IMG/VR virus record: IMGVR_UViG_3300035696_000002 | Strand: one strand, 5' to 3' | DNA: 64,000 bases | Source of the DNA: a virus | Lineage: Duplodnaviria; Heunggongvirae; Uroviricota; Caudoviricetes | Part shown: one piece after another, positions 32,996 to 41,370 of the stretch | Layout: each line of letters opens with the position of its first letter | How positions within the stretch are numbered: the first letter of the stretch is position 1 | Position numbers and translations under genes: made by a program | Notes under the pieces: model-generated | Seen by the model: the letters and a program-made list of their open reading frames with translations, nothing else | Database searches by the model: none | Told to the model about the DNA's origin: nothing

Positions 32996-34282
32996 TTATT
33001 TTTTGAAAATTCGATCCGGCCACGCATCGAGACCCCGGATCGCGATCTTTTCTTCCAATTCTTGGACTAGGTCGGCAACCTCCCGGTCGGTGCCACAAGC
33101 CTCTTTGACCAGCAGGAGGGCCGCATATTCCATGTTTTGCAGCTTCCGGTGCGAATTCAGATCGGTGACAGTCACGTTGTCAGTCGTATCGTGGATTCTC
33201 GTCAGAACTTCCAGAGCCCGGCGAATTATGTTCTCACCCATGACGAACCTGCCAGTCCTCAATGTAGGGAACCAGTTCACACTCGTCCCCGTCAAACTCT
33301 TCCTCAACCAGCGTTTCGATATCGGAATCGAACGTGGCCATGTCAACGGCAACGACCTCAGGCAGATCGAACATGTCGTACCCGTTGTCTGTCGCGTTGT
33401 CTAACGCTTCATCGACCAACGCCTGAATGCCGTCGTCCATTACGCCTTCGCCGCCGTTTCCTTTGGAGCAACCGGAACCTTCATCGTCGAGGTGCCCGGC
33501 GTCTTCTTCACCCACTCACGCTTCACCTTGGGTGCTTTGCGTGGCAGGTTGTGCATGTGGTTTGCTGCATAGCAATTCTTGCAGCTAAAATAGACATCGG
33601 CATTGTAATTGCCGTTGGAGCCGTGGCACAAACAACCGCAATTATGATTTCTCGCCATCTTCGTTCCTCGTAAATTCACCTTTCAATTCTTTGTGGAAAA
33701 TGGTGCCCCACTGTTCCTGAGTGACCCAGCCATCTTCCCAGACTGGAGCATTTCGCCAACTGAGAGTGGATACGTCACCCTCCCAGTATACGCTGCCATC
33801 TTCATTGAGTGCCTTGATATGATCGCCAGTTTTGATCTGGTGCAATCCATCATACGACCAGCTTTCGTGCGGCCACTCTTCGGTCGGAGGTTTGATGAAT
33901 CGTTCGTCCTGAAAAGCGTAGAACGCACCAACACCCTGTTCGCACATCACATGAAAGATACCGCGAAGGGTCATCCAAGTCCCCCAGCGATTCTACCACA
34001 GCCTTCGCATGGGTGCGAAATATGATGCAGGCAGCCGGGATGATCGCAGGGTTGACCGACGCGGTACACTTTCACTGGGATGACCTCAGGATAAATCACT
34101 TGCACGATGTCGGCAGGCACGATGTAGGTTCCTGTCATGTTTCGCCCGGTCGGGCATTGATGGGACATTCCCTCATACACAGGCCAGCCGCACTGCCAGC
34201 ACGGCCCAAGGGATTTCGGATTTCCTGTCGTTGAATCCATAATCAAAAAGCTCCAGCCGTGGAGTTCCATTCGTGTCACCAC
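32996..34282 (-). other. Run of about five small overlapping hypothetical ORFs
   Basis: ORF-track entries ending 32996, 33234, 33440, 33642, 33971 with stop/start overlaps. Confidence 0.5.
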
Positions 34283-34544
34283 GGCTCAGGGGATTTTCCG
34301 GCACTCTACCTCAACATTATTCCCGAAATCAAGGCGGGTCTATTCCTATTTCGACCCAATCGCACCGCTGTCCCCGCGTTTAGGAACGTCCGGGCAGCGA
34401 GGTCATTTCCTCTTCAGACAGTACTCGCGGTAGCTAAATCCGCTTTCCCTTATGAATCTCTGACACGCCCGGCTAAGTCAAGTCGCCCACGGGATTACTA
34501 TCGGAATCGAGAACGTCTGCTGCCCGTGGCCACTGGAGCCTGCT

Positions 34545-34994
34545 CTATAATACTTGAAATTCTACTTTCTCACCACCCTCATCGAAGTGCATACTGCCGT
34601 CGCGGTAAACGTCGAGGTTGGCTTTGATGAAGCGGGAGAGTTCTTCGAGTTCGTTGGCAGCCGGGGCTTCGACGATGCCCTCGGCCATGAGGTTGTTGAG
34701 TTCGCTGACTTGAATCTCGCGGTGATCCGGTTCCCAGCAATCGCCGTGATCGGTCTCGGCAGCCTGCCGGGAGATCGTGCCGCTGGCGTCCACGTAGGTG
34801 CCATCGTCGCGGGTGCAATACGCATGGACGAGGTTGGCCCCGTACTCGGTGGGCTCGTCGAATTCATTCCAATCCTGCGGCTGATCCTCAAGCTGGGCGT
34901 CCCACATGATGGTGATCCGGTAGTTGAGCGTGCGACCTAAGGCGAGAGCAAAAATCTGGCAGCGTCCGTGGATGTACTCTTCGATGGGATACAT
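34545..34994 (-). CDS. Hypothetical protein with Cys-His-Asp (papain/transglutaminase-like) pattern
   Basis: HGRCQIFALAL...LVHAY...YVDASG. Confidence 0.5.
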   Translation of the reverse strand: MYPIEEYIHGRCQIFALALGRTLNYRITIMWDAQLEDQPQDWNEFDEPTEYGANLVHAYCTRDDGTYVDASGTISRQAAETDHGDCWEPDHREIQVSELNNLMAEGIVEAPAANELEELSRFIKANLDVYRDGSMHFDEGGEKVEFQVL

Positions 34995-35126
34995 GGGGTC
35001 TACTTTCTGAAATAAATGTTGCAGCGGTCGAGGAGGCACCAAACAATGAGCAGGGCCAGAATGCAAGCGTCAAGCACGTCACCGCGTGTCCAAGAACCCA
35101 TAAGGTCTCCTACCTATAAAAACGAT

Positions 35127-35150
35127 AAGGGGACTTTTCAGTCCCCTTTT
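35127..35150. terminator. Intrinsic terminator downstream of tmRNA
   Basis: AAGGGGAC-TTTTCA-GTCCCCTTTT. Confidence 0.7.
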
Positions 35151-35440
35151 CTGTTACTAGGCGTTCGTCAAACCCTCGCTGCTTAAACCGCGATTAAGCG
35201 GCAGCAGCCATTGCCAGTGCCTTAGGAGCAGTAGCATTTATTGGTTTTCGTTCCCATTAACGCTGGAACAGTTCCTCGGGTCGGTTGGCTCTATCCTCGC
35301 ATCATTCACCGTCGAAGCCGTGACGCCCCCGTATGGAGGTACCACCAAAATTTTATGGTGGAGGCGGCGGGAGTCGAACCCGCGTCCGCTGACGTGTCTG
35401 GTGCCTTTGCCCGTCTTGCGACGGGTTTTACGACCATGTA
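35150..35440 (-). ncRNA. ssrA: Circularly permuted two-piece tmRNA; tag (A)ATAPKALAMAAAA
   Basis: T-arm GCGGG-TTCGACT-CCCGC plus CGCCTCC-ACCA (ends 35356) precedes GGGGGCG 5' piece (starts 35330); G3-U70; ATAAAT then tag ORF 35235-35194; outer ends approximate. Confidence 0.88.
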
Positions 35441-35475
35441 AACCTACTACATAATACCCAGAAAGTCGGCTAAAG

Positions 35476-36063
35476 TCAAGAAGCCTGACGGTCGCCGACC
35501 TGTTTTACCGGAACCGGGACGAACGACACATACGCTCCGTCGTGGAAGTACCCGTCATATCCCGCTCGATACACAGCGTTTTCTGCCCCGGTAGCCCCAC
35601 CTTCGAGGAATCCGGCCTGCCAGAGACCTTCGGGGTCTGCCGCGATATCATAGTAGGCCGAGGAATCGACATCAGCGGTGTAGTGGTACCGCTGCCCCTG
35701 AATCGCGGGCTCTTTGTAGGTGTCGTCCCCAAAGTGAGTACGGGGCAGGAATCCGGGATCATTCTTGCGGGCTTGTTCCCTGCCGGGCTTCCCAGTGCCC
35801 ATCTTTTCAGGATCGGTTTCAGTCATGCCGCCGATGTTCGACCAGTGATGAAGCGTGATCGGGCCGGAGCCTTGCTTCGACAGGCCTTCTTCTTTTTCCG
35901 CGATGTCCTCTTCAGTCGGTGTCTTGAACTGATCCGGCATTTCCTCTTCGTCTTCCGGGCCGATTTCAGCCGGAGGATTGCCTGCATAACGCAGATTGAT
36001 GAACTCTTCTCGCGTCATCGGGGACTTGTACTTTTTCATTACCGCCAGTAACGGATTTGCCAT
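35476..36063 (-). CDS. Hypothetical protein, possibly ADP-ribosyltransferase-like fold
   Basis: LHHWS...DP..MGTG...RTHF...AGYDGY pattern resembling polyvalent-protein ART-like domains. Confidence 0.4.
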   Translation of the reverse strand: MANPLLAVMKKYKSPMTREEFINLRYAGNPPAEIGPEDEEEMPDQFKTPTEEDIAEKEEGLSKQGSGPITLHHWSNIGGMTETDPEKMGTGKPGREQARKNDPGFLPRTHFGDDTYKEPAIQGQRYHYTADVDSSAYYDIAADPEGLWQAGFLEGGATGAENAVYRAGYDGYFHDGAYVSFVPVPVKQVGDRQAS

Positions 36064-39053
36064 TATGCACCCTCAACGTTGAAACTTGTGTCGCCGCCCT
36101 CAGTACCGAGGCGTTCCCACTCCTCGTCAGGCATCCACTGCGGCTTCGCGAATCCACCGCTCTCATTTGCGATCATATCGCGGGCCTGATCGACAGTCAA
36201 TCGACCATCCTGCACGTCTTCCCATATTGTCTTGACGCGATCCTTCAACTCGTTTGTCTTCTTTTCGTCGCCCATCAGCGACTTGATTGCTTCCCAAGTC
36301 ACGGACTGCAACTGACGCGGCTTGACGCCCAGCTTCGCCGCCGCTCTCTGGTAGGCCTCAGCGTACAGCGGGTACGTGCCCTGCAACCCTGTTGCGGAGT
36401 TCTTGGGGGCACCGGGGGTACCAACAAGCGTGCCGCCGAAGTTGTGCGTCGCTTCCAAATCCTTCGCCCCGAACGGACTAAGCATCCCGGCTGCGACCGC
36501 GTGCGTGTCAATAGTCACGTGCCCGGCCTTGGAGTTCGGGTTGATGATGTTGTTGTAGAAGTTGCGAATCTTATGACCATGGCCCATGACCGCGTTGATA
36601 TTTTCGATATCGCCGTTGTCGAGAATCTTGACTGCTTTGGCCAAGTGGTCAAGACCAATCCAACTCCGCATGTCAGGCGATTCACCAGACACCGTCCCAT
36701 CGGGGGCGTAAGCCTCATTGATCGGCGAGTTGTAAGCCTCGTCGTAAAGTCTGATCCACAGTGCCCGCTTGGTTGCCTGCACATCTGGATTTGCGTCAAC
36801 GACCTGACCGAATGTTTTCCCGCGAATGTCACGGAGCATTGCCTTGAAAGCCCGCGACTGTGTCGGCACAGCGGCCAACTCCTTCACCTTGACATCCATC
36901 TCTGGCGTCCATGGTGAGTTCTGGTGATTCTTGTAAATGTCCAACATCCGCTTCGTCAAACCAATATTGTTGTCCCACGGATTCTGCGGTGACAGGGCGG
37001 CGGTGACGCCAGCAACCTGCTCGGGCGTGAAACCGTACTGCTGGGCAAACTGATTCGTCAGGCGGTGAGCCGAGTCGTACCACTTCTTCGTCTTTTCGCG
37101 AAGCTGTTCAGGAACTTGGTTGTACAGCCAGATGAGGTTGTCCCTGACGTGATTGATGAACTTGTTGAGTACCTTGTCGGGGTCTTTCATTTCGGCAGCC
37201 GTGTATTTCACGCCTGAATAGCGGATGACCGTAGCCGCGAGCTTGTCCTTGTAACCGGGTACGGGCTTGCCCTGCTGAGTTTTGCGACGTGGGCGATCCT
37301 TGTCAGCTTGTTCGATAGCAGCCCAGTTCGAATACTGTCCGGGCTTGTTGGACAATTCCGCACCAACAGATTTCGGACGGCGAGTAGCGATTTCCTTAGC
37401 ACTGAAGTCGCCGATCTCTTCCTCTTTCACATCTGCGGGGGCTGGGGCGGCAGGCTGTTTCTTAGTCTGTGGCGGAGCCTCTTCAACCGCAACTTCTTCC
37501 GGCTCTGGGGCAGGCGGGGCGGCAGGCTGTTGTGGTGCTGGAACCGTCGCTTCCTGATCTCGCTCAATCACTGCCGGATCAAAGTCCGTATCACCCTCAT
37601 CATACTTTGATTCATCATACAGATCAGATTCTTCCGGCGTCAGGTCTTTGTGAGCAGGCCCGCGATCCTGTGCTCGTGCGTCGTCATACGCTTCCATCTC
37701 TTCCTGATCGGGCTCTTCATAAACCGCGACGCCGCCTTCTTCAAGATCATCGTCCGAGGTCGCCAGCTTGCCGACGTTGCCCGCACGGAGGAGGGCGACT
37801 TCACGAGCGAGAGCATTCTTCCGCTTGACCGGGTCTTTCCACTCGCCGAGGTATGCGTCGTCATTCAAGTAAGCTTCAGCGGCGTTTGCAGCGATCTCAC
37901 GCAATTCCTTCGGCAACGTATCAGCCCCGTGCGTGGCAAGAAACACAACCACACCCAGAGCGTGCTTAGTGTCGTCGCCGACGTTACCCTGAAACATGCG
38001 TTCAAGTTGAGCGTACAAAGTCGGGAGGTGCCCCGGATCAACAGGTTGATCGAATCCTTTGGACTTCTGCCCGCCCGGATCATTCAGCTTCAGACGGTAC
38101 TCGTCGAGGATGTCATGCACCTGATCGCTGTCGTAGGAACGCTCGCCCCACTGACCCGCTTTCTTCTCCGCATTCATTTTGGAGATGGGCACACGGGATG
38201 TGTCAGGAATGGTTGGATCGACTTGCTTCTGCCAGCCGCCCCACAACCCCTTACCGGAGGCGATCTGCGGAGCAAACTTCTCCGCGATCAGTTGCGTGGC
38301 AACTTCTTTTTCTTCTGCTGTGGGGAAGGAAAAGTAGGAGGCGTTGATGTCGTAATCCGTCGCTACTTCGAAATCTTTTATACCCGCTTCGGCCAAGGCC
38401 ATGGCTACTGCATGTGAGCTTTCGGACGGGACACCGAAAGCTACACTAGGGCGGTGGGAGCCGCCGTACTTTTTTCTGATGCCGACCTTTTCCACGGAAC
38501 CAATTCGATTCAGCGGCACGCTGCCGGGAACAGGCGAGGTACCGGGAGTGACTTCAATCGCCGGATTGTAGGCGTCGTGATTTACGAGGCTCTGCTTCAC
38601 CATCTCGATTGAGAAACCCGGCTCGGTGTAAACGCGGTTGATCCATTTGCCGTTGAGATAAACATCCCATGGTGTGCTGGCGGAGGAGTACTGCCGTGTC
38701 TGCTGTTGAACCTGTGGCTGTTGCGGACGCTGCCCGGTAGGCTGAGCACCCGGTGCCCCCGGCTGCGGCTTCTTGGGCATCATGATGCGGGACTGCCAGC
38801 CTTGATCCTGCTGCTTGGGCGGGCACGTAACGTGGTTCTCGACGCCGCCTTCCCAGTTGACCATCTGCCCCTCGCCAATCGGCTGCCCGCATTTCGAGCA
38901 GGCCGGGTTGCCGTACTGGCTCATGTTGAGCGGTGCCCCGGCTGCCTCTTTGGCCTCCTCGGGGAACTTTTCCTTCGACTCCTGTTGCCAGTTGTCGGTG
39001 GGACGGTTTTGATTGAAATCGAACGCGGTTTTGGGCTTAAAGAGGGGGTTCAT
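36063..39053 (-). CDS. Large multidomain protein with C-terminal DUF7178/HhH-glycosylase-like domain
   Basis: WYDSAH...AALSPQNPW...KIRNFY.NI...VTIDTHA...LQSVTW; acidic/Pro-rich linkers; start MNPLFK. Confidence 0.6.
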   Translation of the reverse strand: MNPLFKPKTAFDFNQNRPTDNWQQESKEKFPEEAKEAAGAPLNMSQYGNPACSKCGQPIGEGQMVNWEGGVENHVTCPPKQQDQGWQSRIMMPKKPQPGAPGAQPTGQRPQQPQVQQQTRQYSSASTPWDVYLNGKWINRVYTEPGFSIEMVKQSLVNHDAYNPAIEVTPGTSPVPGSVPLNRIGSVEKVGIRKKYGGSHRPSVAFGVPSESSHAVAMALAEAGIKDFEVATDYDINASYFSFPTAEEKEVATQLIAEKFAPQIASGKGLWGGWQKQVDPTIPDTSRVPISKMNAEKKAGQWGERSYDSDQVHDILDEYRLKLNDPGGQKSKGFDQPVDPGHLPTLYAQLERMFQGNVGDDTKHALGVVVFLATHGADTLPKELREIAANAAEAYLNDDAYLGEWKDPVKRKNALAREVALLRAGNVGKLATSDDDLEEGGVAVYEEPDQEEMEAYDDARAQDRGPAHKDLTPEESDLYDESKYDEGDTDFDPAVIERDQEATVPAPQQPAAPPAPEPEEVAVEEAPPQTKKQPAAPAPADVKEEEIGDFSAKEIATRRPKSVGAELSNKPGQYSNWAAIEQADKDRPRRKTQQGKPVPGYKDKLAATVIRYSGVKYTAAEMKDPDKVLNKFINHVRDNLIWLYNQVPEQLREKTKKWYDSAHRLTNQFAQQYGFTPEQVAGVTAALSPQNPWDNNIGLTKRMLDIYKNHQNSPWTPEMDVKVKELAAVPTQSRAFKAMLRDIRGKTFGQVVDANPDVQATKRALWIRLYDEAYNSPINEAYAPDGTVSGESPDMRSWIGLDHLAKAVKILDNGDIENINAVMGHGHKIRNFYNNIINPNSKAGHVTIDTHAVAAGMLSPFGAKDLEATHNFGGTLVGTPGAPKNSATGLQGTYPLYAEAYQRAAAKLGVKPRQLQSVTWEAIKSLMGDEKKTNELKDRVKTIWEDVQDGRLTVDQARDMIANESGGFAKPQWMPDEEWERLGTEGGDTSFNVEGA

Positions 39054-39088
39054 TTTGATCCTCAATAAGTAGCTGAAAAGTTGAGGTT

Positions 39089-39700
39089 TTAGGGCTTTGG
39101 GCAATTGCCCGGATTTGAGGAGCCGCCCGTGCCGCCCGCAGGCCCGGCACTGCCGGGGCCGTTGCTACCGGAACCGGGGTTGTTCGTAGAGCTTTGAAAT
39201 CCCTTGTAGTTCGGGCCGTCGCGGATCACCACGGGAGCCCAGTCTTGGAAGATCGGGAACCCAAGGAAGAAATTCCCAGCGAACTCAACCCAGTACCCAC
39301 GGAAAGGTTCAAAGCCAGCACTCAACAGGGTGACCTTACCTTCCGAAATAGGACGATGCGTGATATTGGGCGAGGTCGGCCCGGTCATCTGCAACGGCTG
39401 ATAGGTCGGCGGCGGTGGGAGCGGAAGCTCTCCCCACTTCAGGTTCTTGTTCTTGAACTCATTCATGAACAGCACGAAGGCTGTCTGTGGGTCAAGCTGA
39501 CTGATGTCGTGATTCATCAGGTACAGCGTGTTGCCGAACAACACCGTGGTCTGCACTTTGGCGAGGATTTGCCTCACGGAGAGGATTGCACGCCAGCCAG
39601 AACGCCACGTTGAGCCGTAGGGATTCGGTGGGAGCGGCTGCCCCTTCAGGATGTCCACGGCCAAGATGTTGTTCGATACGTTTGAGGTGGTGTTTCCCAT
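39089..39700 (-). CDS. Putative virion protein
   Basis: ORF in baseplate operon. Confidence 0.45.
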   Translation of the reverse strand: MGNTTSNVSNNILAVDILKGQPLPPNPYGSTWRSGWRAILSVRQILAKVQTTVLFGNTLYLMNHDISQLDPQTAFVLFMNEFKNKNLKWGELPLPPPPTYQPLQMTGPTSPNITHRPISEGKVTLLSAGFEPFRGYWVEFAGNFFLGFPIFQDWAPVVIRDGPNYKGFQSSTNNPGSGSNGPGSAGPAGGTGGSSNPGNCPKP

Positions 39701-40347
39701 TAGAAACTCAAGACCCACGAGAAAATGATGTTGACACCCGGTGGGAGCAACAACGGCGGTAGAGTCTTGTAGTTGATGAGCACCACTGAGTTAGCCGGGC
39801 CGGGCGGATTTGCAGCCGGATTGAAGTACGGGGCGGTCATCATGTTCGTAACCGGAGACGTACTGATCGTTCCGCCGCCGATGAGGCCCATTTCACGGAT
39901 CGGCTGGGTGATATTGTTTGTAGTCGCGTTTACAGTGATCTGGAACTGAACCATCGTCGAAAGCGTGGCCAGCGGGTTGTTGTTGCTGTCCACAAAGTTG
40001 ACGCGGGAAAGCGGAACACGTAAGAACTCGGCAATCAAAGCCGTCTGAGTCGGAGAGGGATCGGGCTGCGTTTCCGGTGCCCAGCTTGGATCGCCAGCAC
40101 CCAGAGCCAAGCCCCAGATGCCATACTGCGGATCGGCGTACTCCGTTGGAACGGTGACCTGCCCCAAAGTGTAGGGCGGATTCGGGGCGTTCGGGATAAC
40201 GTTCGCCATCAGTCTGGCAAATAACCACTTGCTGACGTTGACGATGACGTTGTGGCCACGAAACAGAACTTCGCCCGTGTCCTCGCGGAAGACATTGATA
40301 TTGGCCTTCGGCTGGTATGTCGTCAAATCTTCGTGAAAGTTCTTCAT
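39700..40347 (-). CDS. Putative baseplate/tail-fibre attachment protein
   Basis: GHNVIVN...ALGAG...IREMGLIGG...FSWVLSF pattern. Confidence 0.55.
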   Translation of the reverse strand: MKNFHEDLTTYQPKANINVFREDTGEVLFRGHNVIVNVSKWLFARLMANVIPNAPNPPYTLGQVTVPTEYADPQYGIWGLALGAGDPSWAPETQPDPSPTQTALIAEFLRVPLSRVNFVDSNNNPLATLSTMVQFQITVNATTNNITQPIREMGLIGGGTISTSPVTNMMTAPYFNPAANPPGPANSVVLINYKTLPPLLLPPGVNIIFSWVLSF

Positions 40348-40387
40348 GATTCCCCTACTTAATACTGCAAATCGTTGATTTCCAATC

Positions 40388-41356
40388 TTACTCTACGTCC
40401 TCATCGCCCTCACGGAGGTACGTCCAACGCCAGCGATTTCGCGGCACCGGGAAGTTCAAAGCCCGCAGCTTGCGAATTGAGGGACGCGAGGCTGAGGCCG
40501 GGAATACATCCGCCCGGCCATCGGGAAACTTCACCAGCCAGCTTTGTGGGCCTTCGTACAACGCCATATCAACCCCGGCAACTGCGATAGGTTGATAAGT
40601 GAACCCTTCGAGCGAAATCGCCTGTGGGATGCCATTGATCGGTGACGATTTCATCTGCATCTCGTTCGGGAAACTGATCGGCGGAGAAAAATCAATCGCC
40701 CCCTTCTTCTTTTTCGTCGCACGCAGCAAATCGTTCTTGAAATTCGGCCCGACTGAAACGGTGCCAGTCGGTCTGCCCATCTGATCGTAAACGATGATGT
40801 ACAGCGGGCGGGACTGCTGCTTCAAACTGCGAGTGCGATATTGACGAATCACTTTCGCTGCGTCGATTGCATTCGGCTTCGGAGGCTTCACATACGTGAG
40901 TTCAAGATGACGCATTTTCGGAGGACGTTGGATCGCTTTCGCCGTGACAACCCTTTTCTGGGTCTCATTGATGAACGACATCGGCAAGGCAAATGTATTC
41001 TCAAAAATCTGCACGTGATCGTCTTGCCCGATGGGCGTGTTCTTATCTGTGTTGTTTTTCTTCGTCATGCTTTTGAAGCAAGAGAAGATCGTCGCGTACA
41101 TCTGCACGATCACTTCTTCATCATATTCTGCCGCCATCATGAACGAAGAGACCTCATCGCAAAGTGCGTTGACCGCGTCGGCGATCAGTTCGTTCATCGT
41201 TCCCGGCGTGTCCTCGACCAGCGGCATCTTCAAGGAAAACACAGTAAAATTGGGAATTCCGAGGTCTAAAGTGATGTCCACACGGGGGTTTCCATCGCGA
41301 ATCATCGTGACCGCGAGCACTCCAAGTGGGGGCGAGATGTAGGCCGTTTTTGCCAT
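40388..41356 (-). CDS. Hypothetical protein
   Basis: ORF track. Confidence 0.55.
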   Translation of the reverse strand: MAKTAYISPPLGVLAVTMIRDGNPRVDITLDLGIPNFTVFSLKMPLVEDTPGTMNELIADAVNALCDEVSSFMMAAEYDEEVIVQMYATIFSCFKSMTKKNNTDKNTPIGQDDHVQIFENTFALPMSFINETQKRVVTAKAIQRPPKMRHLELTYVKPPKPNAIDAAKVIRQYRTRSLKQQSRPLYIIVYDQMGRPTGTVSVGPNFKNDLLRATKKKKGAIDFSPPISFPNEMQMKSSPINGIPQAISLEGFTYQPIAVAGVDMALYEGPQSWLVKFPDGRADVFPASASRPSIRKLRALNFPVPRNRWRWTYLREGDEDVE

Positions 41357-41370
41357 CTACTTAGAATCCT

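Noticed and set aside
34340-34440. Hammerhead ribozyme (CTGAAGA ... GAAA on minus strand)
   Set aside because: Stems I-III cannot be formed in the required order around the core
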